The translations under genes were made by a program, and so were the position numbers. From the NCBI GenBank assembly GCA_944378225.1, contig CALWGE010000003.1:5455-69454 (forward strand): 64,000 nt of DNA, given 5' to 3'. This DNA comes from an uncultured Merdimonas sp. GTDB lineage: Bacteria; Bacillota; Clostridia; Lachnospirales; Lachnospiraceae. The notes below the pieces were generated by a model that saw only the letters and a list, made by a program, of their open reading frames with translations, made no database searches and was not told where the DNA came from. Shown here piece after piece: positions 1 through 8,212 of this stretch (the first letter of the stretch is position 1; each line of letters opens with the position of its first letter).

Positions 1-19
1 CGGCTCTATTCCGGGGATC

Positions 20-1741
20 ATGCGTAAAGTCCGCAGTAAGATGCAGGAGCGCAGGAATATGAAACGCCACGGTACGGCCAGTTTTCCTTCTCCGGAAGAA
101 GCGAAGCGCCAGAGAGAAGCAGTTTTTCCGAATATGGTGAAATTCAGCATTCTGACGCCGCTTTATAATACACCGGAAAAATTTCTTACAGAACTTCTGG
201 ACTGTGTACAGGCTCAGACTTATCAGAACTGGGAACTGTGCCTGGCGGATGGAAGTGATCAGGAGCATTCTTATGTGGGAGAAATCTGCAGAAAGTATGC
301 TGCCGGGGATTCCCGTATTATTTATCATGTGCTGGATCATAATGAGGGTATTTCGGGAAATACGAACGCATGCCTGAAACTGGCTACCGGCGATTATATA
401 GCGCTTCTTGATCATGATGACATCCTGCATCCGGCTGTACTCTATGAGTATGTGAAGGCTATCAATGAAACGGGAGCCGATTATATATACTGTGACGAAA
501 TTACGTTTGAGGGTGACAGCATTGATCATATGATTGTCCTTCATTTCAAACCGGACTTTGCCATTGATAATTTAAGAGGAAATAATTACATCTGCCATTT
601 TTCAGCTTTTTCCAGACATCTGCTGGATGAGACAGGTGTATTCCGGAGTGAATACGACGGAAGTCAGGATCATGATATGATTCTGAGACTGACAGGAAAG
701 GCGAAAAAGGTATATCATGTGCCGAAGGCGCTCTACTACTGGCGCTCTCATAAGGCGTCCGTGGCTCAGGACATCAATGCGAAGACTTATGCGGTGGATG
801 CGGCCAAAAGAGCTGTTCATGATCACATACTGGATGTGTACGGTATGGAGGCAAAAGTGGAAAGTACACGCGCTTTTCCTACGATTTTCCGTATCCGTTA
901 TCCTCTGACAGAGCGGCCGCTGATTTCCATAGTGATCCCGAATAAGGATCATATGGAAGATCTGTCCCGCTGCGTGGAATCCATTATTAACAAATCCACC
1001 TATGAGAATTATGAGATTGTTATTGTAGAGAATAACAGTGAGACAAAGGAAATCTTTGATTATTACAAGGCTCTGGAGCACAATCCCAAGGTACGGGTTG
1101 TAAAATACGAGGGAGACTTCAACTATTCCCGTATCAATAACTTCGGCGTGACTTTTACGAATGGAAAGTATGTACTGCTGCTCAATAACGATATGAAGGT
1201 GATCACCCGGGAGTGGATGGAGGAGCTTCTTATGTATGCTCAGCGTCCGGATGTGGCTGCTGTGGGTGCAAAGCTTTATTATGCGGATAACACTATTCAG
1301 CATGCGGGTATTGTCATAGGCCTTGGAGCTCATCGGGCTGCGGGCCATACCCATTACAAGGATGACAAAATGCATCTGGGATATATGGGACGTCTCTGCT
1401 ATGCACAGGATGTGACAGCCGTAACAGGCGCCTGCCTGCTGGTCAGCCGTGCCCAGTATGATGAAGTGGGAGGCCTGGATGAGACCTTCAGCGTAGCCTT
1501 TAATGATGTAGACTTTTGCCTGAAACTGCGTCATGCGGGTTATCTGAATGTATTTACGCCTTTTGCAGAACTGTACCATTATGAGTCCAAGACGAGAGGT
1601 ATGGAAGAAGGAGAGAAGATGAAACGCTTCCAGCATGAGGTGGATCTGTTCCGTACAAAATGGAAGGCAGATCTGGATGCAGGAGATCCGTACTTTAACC
1701 CGAATTTTTCTCTGGACTATTCTGACTATACGATTAAATAG
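20..1741 (+). CDS. Two-domain family-2 glycosyltransferase (probably 5'-incomplete at the window edge)
   Basis: 573-aa ORF with two GT-A/GT2 cores ('FSILTPLYNTPEKFL...LLDHDD' and 'ISIVIPNKDHMEDL...LLNNDM'). The frame stays open back to nt 2. The residues before the first Met (GSIPGI-MRKVRSKMQERR) resemble 'GILSLYRKMKERQER' of the paralog at 27443, so the true start may lie upstream of the window. Confidence 0.8.
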   Translation: MRKVRSKMQERRNMKRHGTASFPSPEEAKRQREAVFPNMVKFSILTPLYNTPEKFLTELLDCVQAQTYQNWELCLADGSDQEHSYVGEICRKYAAGDSRIIYHVLDHNEGISGNTNACLKLATGDYIALLDHDDILHPAVLYEYVKAINETGADYIYCDEITFEGDSIDHMIVLHFKPDFAIDNLRGNNYICHFSAFSRHLLDETGVFRSEYDGSQDHDMILRLTGKAKKVYHVPKALYYWRSHKASVAQDINAKTYAVDAAKRAVHDHILDVYGMEAKVESTRAFPTIFRIRYPLTERPLISIVIPNKDHMEDLSRCVESIINKSTYENYEIVIVENNSETKEIFDYYKALEHNPKVRVVKYEGDFNYSRINNFGVTFTNGKYVLLLNNDMKVITREWMEELLMYAQRPDVAAVGAKLYYADNTIQHAGIVIGLGAHRAAGHTHYKDDKMHLGYMGRLCYAQDVTAVTGACLLVSRAQYDEVGGLDETFSVAFNDVDFCLKLRHAGYLNVFTPFAELYHYESKTRGMEEGEKMKRFQHEVDLFRTKWKADLDAGDPYFNPNFSLDYSDYTIK

Positions 1742-1753
1742 AAGACAATTTTC

Positions 1754-3667
1754 ATGAAATCAGGAGAGAGCATGGCAGAAAAGGGTGGATTCCGGGCAGG
1801 AACTATCGGAAATATCATAGCGGTAATTGCAGCTTTTCTGGCTGTCACAGGATTCAACCTGCTCTATCAGATACGCGGGGAGAGCACGCTGTTTTCCAAC
1901 AGTGTATTCTGCGGACTGGCATTTGGTGCTTTTCTGTATATCGGAATCCGTTTTTTTGCAGAAAGAATTTCAGAAAGGCTGCTTATTATTTCGCTGGCAG
2001 CCGGGATTGTTTTTGCAGCGATGACGGCCTTTGGCTTTTCTTTAAACTATACAGATACCATCTGGAATCCGCAGACATTTCCGGCACTTCTGTGTCTGAC
2101 TCCTTTTTTGGGAATCTGCACAGGTTTTGCGATACGCAGTCTGACGGAAGCTGACAGGCTTGAAAAGACAGACAGGAAAGAAAAAAAAGAGAACCGGTTC
2201 TGGCTCTGGCTTTCCGGCCTTTCTGATGGCAGATTTTATCTTGGGTGTGCAGGGATCCTGTTTCTGTGCTGGGTACCGGTGCTTCTGGCTGCCTGGCCGG
2301 GAATCTTTTCCTATGACTGCGGATGGCAGCTGGCAGCATTTGCAGATGGAGATGTCACAGGGCATCATCCGATTTTCCATACGGCGCTGCTGGGAATAAC
2401 GCGGATGATGGGAAGGTTTCTGTCCGGAACAGGACAGGAGGGAAATCAGACAGGAGCTTTGCTGTATTCGCTGATTCAGATGACAGCAATGGCATTCCTC
2501 TACGCAAGAGTCTGCCTGTTTCTGCGGCAGGAACGCGTTCCGCGCTGGCTTCAGGCCGGCACAGTGCTGTTCCTGGGACTTCATCCGGTGAACGGACTGA
2601 TGGCCCTCTGCGCCACCAAGGATTCTCTTTTTACAGCAGTATTTGCAGTATTCATTGTTCAGCTGTTCCGGATAACAGGCGATCAGGAAGCATTTTTTTC
2701 TTCCGGGAAAAGGCAGATCCTGTTCTGTGTCAATGTATTCTTTCTGTTTGCCCTGCGCAATAACGGATTTCACACATTTCTGATTACTGTACCGTTTCTG
2801 TTTCTGGCATTCCGACGGTTCTGGAAAAAACTGCTGCTGTTGACAGTTGTATGCCTGACGTTGTATGGAATTTACAACGGACCTGTTTACAGTGCGCTGG
2901 GAATTGAACCCGGAGATCCCCGGGAGATGTGCAGTGTACTGATGCAGTCAGCGGCCAGAGTATGGAATCTGGATAATCAGGGATTAACGGAAGAAGAGAA
3001 AGAAGCCTTTCTTTCCATTATTGACGAGGAAGGACTGAATACCTATCTGTCAAGATTTGCAGATCCGGTAAAAGCGTATTTTAACGGAGAAAAATTTGCA
3101 GAAGATCCTGTACCTTTTCTGCGGGCATGGTTTTCTGCCGGAATGCGGCATAAGAAAATGTATCTGGATTCTTTCCTGGCGAATACGTTCGGATACTGGT
3201 ATCCGGGAAATTCTATTGAAGATACAGAACAGGGAAGGGATTATTTTGAGTATTACTGCAAGGATTTCCGGGAAGATATAGATGTGGAGATGGAATCAAA
3301 ACTTCCGCAGCTCTCGGAGTTTTACAGGAAAATAGGAAATGAGTCTTCGTTTCAAAAAATTCCGGTGGCAGCGGCCTTGTTTAATCTTGGAGTATATACC
3401 TGGTTATGGATATTTACAGGTTTTCTGCTTCTATACAGAAAACAGTGGGGAAAGCTTTTGGTGCTGGTTCCCTTTGGAGCTTATTTTCTGACAAATCTTC
3501 TTGGACCTGTAGTGAAAATGCGTTATCATTACCCGTTTATTGCCTGCGCGCCGTTACTGTGCTGTCTTATATGGATGGTATGGAATGAACAGAAAAGGAA
3601 CAGTCAACCGGACGGCAGCATAGGGGGCAATCAGAAAAACGGGAAAAAGGAATGCAGCATATCATAG
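1754..3667 (+). CDS. Large polytopic membrane protein, candidate GT-C-type transferase/polymerase (function unknown)
   Basis: 637-aa ORF with many hydrophobic helices. An acidic loop 'YDCGWQLAAFADGDVTGHHP' follows an early helix, and there is a soluble-looking segment near the C-terminal third. Alternative start ATG 1772 lies behind GGAG. Sits between a GT2 and a polyprenyl-P sugar synthase. Confidence 0.55.
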   Translation: MKSGESMAEKGGFRAGTIGNIIAVIAAFLAVTGFNLLYQIRGESTLFSNSVFCGLAFGAFLYIGIRFFAERISERLLIISLAAGIVFAAMTAFGFSLNYTDTIWNPQTFPALLCLTPFLGICTGFAIRSLTEADRLEKTDRKEKKENRFWLWLSGLSDGRFYLGCAGILFLCWVPVLLAAWPGIFSYDCGWQLAAFADGDVTGHHPIFHTALLGITRMMGRFLSGTGQEGNQTGALLYSLIQMTAMAFLYARVCLFLRQERVPRWLQAGTVLFLGLHPVNGLMALCATKDSLFTAVFAVFIVQLFRITGDQEAFFSSGKRQILFCVNVFFLFALRNNGFHTFLITVPFLFLAFRRFWKKLLLLTVVCLTLYGIYNGPVYSALGIEPGDPREMCSVLMQSAARVWNLDNQGLTEEEKEAFLSIIDEEGLNTYLSRFADPVKAYFNGEKFAEDPVPFLRAWFSAGMRHKKMYLDSFLANTFGYWYPGNSIEDTEQGRDYFEYYCKDFREDIDVEMESKLPQLSEFYRKIGNESSFQKIPVAAALFNLGVYTWLWIFTGFLLLYRKQWGKLLVLVPFGAYFLTNLLGPVVKMRYHYPFIACAPLLCCLIWMVWNEQKRNSQPDGSIGGNQKNGKKECSIS

Positions 3668-3683
3668 ACGGAGGACATAGGAT

Positions 3684-4643
3684 ATGGATAAGATAGCGGT
3701 GCTTATCCCCTGCTATAATGAGAGTAAAACAGTAAAAAAAGTTGTAGAGGATTTCCGGAAGGCCCTGCCGGAGGCGGTAATCTACGTCTATGACAATAAT
3801 TCTACGGACGGGACGGCTGCGCTTGCTGAGGAAGCCGGCGCTGTAGTGCGTTATGAATATCAGCAGGGCAAGGGAAATGTCATACGCAGGATGTTCCGCG
3901 AAATAGACGCTCAGGTGTATGTGATGGTGGATGGAGACGACACATACCCGGCGGAAGCCGCGCCGGAGATGGTGCGTAAAGTCGTGGAGGAGCAATCAGA
4001 TATGGTGGTGGGCGACAGACTTTCTTCCACCTATTATACAGAAAACAAGCGACCCTTTCACAATTTTGGGAATTCTTTTGTGAAAAACTGTATCAATCGC
4101 TTTTTTGACACGAACATTCAGGATATCATGACGGGATACCGGGCTTTCAGCTATCAGTTTGTAAAGACCTTCCCGGTACTGTCCAGAGGATTTGAGATAG
4201 AGACTGAGATGAGTATCCATGCGGCAGACAAGCATATGCAGGTGGATCATGTGGTGATTGATTACAGGGATCGGCCGGAAGGCAGTGTTTCCAAGCTGAA
4301 TACGTTTTCGGACGGAATTAAGGTGCTCAGCCGGATTCTGAGTCTTTATAAGAACTATAAACCTCTGGCTTTCTTTTCCATGCTTTCAGGAGTGATGGCG
4401 GTACTTTCTGTAATCTTTCTGATTCCCATTCTGGTTGAATACTGGAAAACGGGGCTGGTTCCGCGTTTCCCGACTCTGATTGTCTGCGGTTTTGTCTTGA
4501 TTGCGGCTTTACAGTCTCTGTTTGCGGGCCTGGTGCTTCAGAGCATGGAACAGAAAAATAAACAGGATTTTGAGATGCGGCTGATTCAGGCTAAGGAATG
4601 CTTTGAGAGAACAAAAGCTTCTGAATCGGAGGAGCGTAAATGA
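3684..4643 (+). CDS. Polyprenyl-phosphate glycosyltransferase (GT2, GtrB/CsbB/DPM1-like)
   Basis: 319 aa. N-terminal GT2 core ('IAVLIPCYNESKTV...VYDNNSTDGT...MVDGDD') plus two C-terminal TM helices ('FFSMLSGVMAVLSVIFLIPIL', 'LIVCGFVLIAALQSLFAGLVL'), the architecture of Und-P-sugar synthases. Its stop overlaps the next start (ATGA at 4640). Confidence 0.75.
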   Translation: MDKIAVLIPCYNESKTVKKVVEDFRKALPEAVIYVYDNNSTDGTAALAEEAGAVVRYEYQQGKGNVIRRMFREIDAQVYVMVDGDDTYPAEAAPEMVRKVVEEQSDMVVGDRLSSTYYTENKRPFHNFGNSFVKNCINRFFDTNIQDIMTGYRAFSYQFVKTFPVLSRGFEIETEMSIHAADKHMQVDHVVIDYRDRPEGSVSKLNTFSDGIKVLSRILSLYKNYKPLAFFSMLSGVMAVLSVIFLIPILVEYWKTGLVPRFPTLIVCGFVLIAALQSLFAGLVLQSMEQKNKQDFEMRLIQAKECFERTKASESEERK

Positions 4644-6385
4644 AGAAAAGAAGTGTAAAGACAGGCGCGGCGCTGGCGGCGTCTGTTTTTCTTGTTTTTA
4701 TATGCGGCATTGCGATGTATCAGACTATGGGGTTTGTTTACGCAATTGCAGATGATGTTATCATGCGGGACATTGCGTCCGGAGCATTTACAGGAACGCC
4801 GGATGGACATCTGATTTTTGTAAAGTATGCACTGGGACTCGTCATCAGCTGTATGTATACCTGGAATTCGTCTGTAGACTGGTACGGTTTTTTTATGACC
4901 GGTGTCATCTTTCTTAGTCTGGCAGCTGTGATGTACCGGGGACTTTCCAGAGAAACGAGTCTGAAGTGGAAAGCTATGTATGCCGGAATTACGCTTGGAG
5001 TTTTCGGATGCGGAATGTTTTTTCATATCGCGCAGTTTGAGTGGACTGTCAGCGCGGCAGCCGCAGGAGCAGGAGCTCTGTATCTTTATGTTACGATGCG
5101 GACAGATGAAAACGGCGGGAAGCTTTTGGATGCCATTCTTATCTGGCTTTTGCTGACGTTGACTTATGGGATCAGAGATGACGTATTTCTGATGGTTCTT
5201 CCGGGCTTCGGAATTGCATTTCTGTGGAAATTTTTCCGTAAAGCAGAAGGAAAATTCCTGTTTGACTGGAAGCAGCTTTTGCTTCCGGCAGCAGTGTTTG
5301 GCACCATTGCAGTTATGATGCTGGCAGAACAGCAGGAATATCAGGGAAAAGAGTGGGAGGAATTCCGGACTTTTCAGTCGGCACGTTCTGATATCTACGA
5401 CTATTATGGAGTACCGGTCTATGAATCGAACCCGGCATTTTTTGATAAAATGGGCCTGAATGAGGCAGAGATTCGTAATCTCAGGCACTATGCTCTGTAT
5501 CTTGTGGAGGATATGGACGCGGAGCTTGTGAGAAGCCTTGCGGAAGAGGGAAAAAGACAGAGCGGTCAGCAGGGAGTGAAAGCAAAGATACGAAATGGCG
5601 TTCTTCTTGCGGCAAAGCAGGCTGTCGATAAAGAATATTTCACAGTCAGTATTCCTTTTCTTATTTTTCTGGCAGCTGTGCTTTATCTGATTTTCCGGTA
5701 TTACAGAAAAGCAGTCTGGCCTTTGCTGCTTTTTCTTGGAGCAGAAGGATGTCTGTGGCTGTATCTGGGAATTATGGGAAGACTTCCTGAGAGAGTGGCC
5801 TTTTCCATGCATCTGGTTACGCTTGCAGGAACGGCAGGAGCATTTCTGCACCTGTGGGGAAAATGGGAAGAGAGCGGCCGGAAAGGGGAAGGGTGTAAAA
5901 GAAAGCAGGTGTTTGTCACAGCTTTGCTGCTGTGTTCTCTTGCGGCAGCAGCCTGGCAGTGGAATGTTTCCTCTCAGGCAAATAAAGAAAAGCTGGCTAT
6001 GGATGGCAGTTATCAGCAGTTTAAACTGAGCTGCAAGGAGCAACCCGAAAATCTGTATTTTATAGAAACTTTTATGGCTGAGCCTGTAGGCGGCGCCCGT
6101 GTCAGCACACAGTATTCGGCACAAATCAATAATTGCCTGACTTTGGGAGACTGGTACAGTACGTCGCCTCTGGATGAACAGCGCATGAAAAAACTGGGAA
6201 TTCAGAATGTGGAAGATACGATTCTGCATAATCCGAATGCCTATCTGGTAGTTCGGGATGTAGAGAATCCGGGTTTTCTGAAAGATTATTTCGAGGAAAA
6301 GTATCCGCAGTGCAGTCTGGTTATGCGAAGAAGTGAGACAGTGGGAGGCAGGACTTATTTTCTGTATCAGATAAGCGGTGATTAA
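4640..6385 (+). CDS. Polytopic membrane protein, paralog 1 of a triplicated uncharacterised family (GT-C-like candidate)
   Basis: 581 aa. Shares 'A-DDVIMRDIASGAFTG.PD.HLIFVKY', 'VDWYG', 'FEWTVSAAAAGAG', 'RDDVFLM' and 'EWEEFR.FQSARSDIYDYYGVP.YE' with the next two ORFs. Confidence 0.6.
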   Translation: MKKRSVKTGAALAASVFLVFICGIAMYQTMGFVYAIADDVIMRDIASGAFTGTPDGHLIFVKYALGLVISCMYTWNSSVDWYGFFMTGVIFLSLAAVMYRGLSRETSLKWKAMYAGITLGVFGCGMFFHIAQFEWTVSAAAAGAGALYLYVTMRTDENGGKLLDAILIWLLLTLTYGIRDDVFLMVLPGFGIAFLWKFFRKAEGKFLFDWKQLLLPAAVFGTIAVMMLAEQQEYQGKEWEEFRTFQSARSDIYDYYGVPVYESNPAFFDKMGLNEAEIRNLRHYALYLVEDMDAELVRSLAEEGKRQSGQQGVKAKIRNGVLLAAKQAVDKEYFTVSIPFLIFLAAVLYLIFRYYRKAVWPLLLFLGAEGCLWLYLGIMGRLPERVAFSMHLVTLAGTAGAFLHLWGKWEESGRKGEGCKRKQVFVTALLLCSLAAAAWQWNVSSQANKEKLAMDGSYQQFKLSCKEQPENLYFIETFMAEPVGGARVSTQYSAQINNCLTLGDWYSTSPLDEQRMKKLGIQNVEDTILHNPNAYLVVRDVENPGFLKDYFEEKYPQCSLVMRRSETVGGRTYFLYQISGD

Positions 6386-6424
6386 TGTGCCGGACCGGAA
6401 ATGGACAGGGAAGGAGAAAAGGTG

Positions 6425-8212
6425 ATGAAGCAGATAAATGAAAAAATCAGGGTATTGTCTGTACTCTTTTTGTCTCTTGTGATTATGGGGCTTTATTTTC
6501 TGCTGCTGTATGGCCGCTTCCCATTTATCTATGATATTAATGACGACGTGGCTATGCGAAATGTGGCTGCGGGAGTCATTACAGGGGAACCGGACGCGCA
6601 TCTGATCCATATTAAATATATTCTGGGACTTTTTATCAGTGGATTATACAGAATTCTGCCTGGATTTGACTGGTACGGTCTGACCATGACAGGTATTATA
6701 CTTGTGGCTTTCGCCATGATTCTGTATCGAGGGCTGATATCAAAAAAAAGTGTGCTCTGGAAAGCGGGATACATAATAGTTTCACTTTTACTGTTCACCT
6801 GTGTGGGACTTCAGCATATCACGGCATTTCAGTGGACAGTAACGGCGGCCATTGCAGGCGCGGGCGGAATATATCTTTTTTATACATCCGGAGAGGGAGA
6901 AAAATTTCAGATCGTTCTGGAAGAAGGAATTGCGGTATGCCTGATCCTCCTTTCTCTGATGGTGCGAGATGATGTTTTTCTGATGATGCTTCCTCCTGCA
7001 GGACTTTGTTTCTGCTGGAGATATATATCTTTTCAGAGAAAAGGAAAACTTCCGTTTTCAATGCGGCATGTGGGAGTGCCGTTGGGATTGCTTATCGGGA
7101 CACTTACAATTCTTGGAATTGAGGCTTTTGCGTACCGTTCACCGGAATGGAGAGAATTCCTGGCTTATAATCAGGATCGGGAAGCAATTATGGATTATTA
7201 TGGGCTGGCTTCTTATGAGGAGGATTCCGAATTTTACGATTCTCTTGGGATAACGCCCGAGGAAGCCGAAAATATGCAGAGATATTCGCTGTATCTTGTG
7301 GATGGACTGTACAGTGAAAAGATGCATGCGCTTGCAGAACGCTCCAGAGAGCTTTATATTGCGCAGCATTCCACAAAAGCACGGATTGTGGAAGCGGCAG
7401 AAAGTATTTATGAGCATTGGTGCAAGGATACTTATCGCGGTACAAATCTGATTTGTCTGGCTGTTGTGGCAGGGACTCTTGGTTTCTGCTATGTGAAAGA
7501 CAGAAAACAATGGAACCTCGCCTGGTGTCTGACAGCAGTGACAGGTCTGTACTGGCTGTACCTGGGATACCGCGACCGGATTCTGGAACGGGTTGGTTTT
7601 GCGCTTTATCTTCTGCTGATTTTTGCCCTGCTTGCAGTCTGGTACCGGACAGCATTCCTGGAAACAGTGGAAGAGTTACCGGTGCGAGAAAAAAAGCACA
7701 CGGAGCTTATAAAGGCTCTGCCGGGTGCTGCGGTCTGGGCAGCGTCCTGCCTGGCGCTTACTCTGGCAGCCTTCAGCATCTGGAAAGGCGTAAAAGAGAA
7801 TAATTCCTGGCGCAGCAGTTACAATGAGGAATTTCTGGATGTAAACCGGTATATGGCGGAGCATATGGAAAATGTATATTTTATGACGACGTTTTCCATT
7901 GAGACTTATACGGATAATTTCACGATTCGAAGAGATTTTGAGTTCAGTAATCTGCTTTCTGTAGGAGGATGGCATACATTTTCTCCTCTTGAGAATGAAA
8001 AGGATGAGAAGCTGGGGATTCATGATCCGAAACGGGATATCGCTGAGAAAGAGAATGTCTATGTAATTTCATTGGAGAATGTAAATCTGCGGTATATGGA
8101 TCGGTATTTTACCAGTATATACGGAGAGAACTATCTGGGAAGAGAACTTACAGACGCGCTTGACTATGGGGAAAGGGTGTTTGAAGTGTACAATTTTGAG
8201 GTGGCGGAATGA
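6425..8212 (+). CDS. Polytopic membrane protein, paralog 2 of the triplicated family
   Basis: The ORF track starts at 6401, but ATG 6425 sits behind GAAGGAGAAAAGG. Motifs 'INDDVAMRNVAAGVITGEPDAHLIHIKY', 'FDWYG', 'FQWTVTAAIAGAG', 'RDDVFLMM' and 'EWREFLAYNQDREAIMDYYG'. Confidence 0.6.
   Translation: MKQINEKIRVLSVLFLSLVIMGLYFLLLYGRFPFIYDINDDVAMRNVAAGVITGEPDAHLIHIKYILGLFISGLYRILPGFDWYGLTMTGIILVAFAMILYRGLISKKSVLWKAGYIIVSLLLFTCVGLQHITAFQWTVTAAIAGAGGIYLFYTSGEGEKFQIVLEEGIAVCLILLSLMVRDDVFLMMLPPAGLCFCWRYISFQRKGKLPFSMRHVGVPLGLLIGTLTILGIEAFAYRSPEWREFLAYNQDREAIMDYYGLASYEEDSEFYDSLGITPEEAENMQRYSLYLVDGLYSEKMHALAERSRELYIAQHSTKARIVEAAESIYEHWCKDTYRGTNLICLAVVAGTLGFCYVKDRKQWNLAWCLTAVTGLYWLYLGYRDRILERVGFALYLLLIFALLAVWYRTAFLETVEELPVREKKHTELIKALPGAAVWAASCLALTLAAFSIWKGVKENNSWRSSYNEEFLDVNRYMAEHMENVYFMTTFSIETYTDNFTIRRDFEFSNLLSVGGWHTFSPLENEKDEKLGIHDPKRDIAEKENVYVISLENVNLRYMDRYFTSIYGENYLGRELTDALDYGERVFEVYNFEVAE

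Noticed and set aside
602-1636. 344-aa - strand ORF inside the first glycosyltransferase gene.
   Set aside because: It is antisense to a GT2 gene with textbook motifs. Its composition is unlike real proteins (I/H/L/Q-rich), and there is no RBS.
4586-6610. 674-aa ORF on the - strand, the second-longest ORF in this part of the window.
   Set aside because: It lies entirely antisense to two + strand genes that have clear paralogs and conserved motifs, and it spans their junction. It has no RBS. Its translation is low-complexity (rich in R/S/C/H/Q/K), with no hydrophobic-core periodicity or recognisable motif. It is a shadow ORF caused by codon bias.
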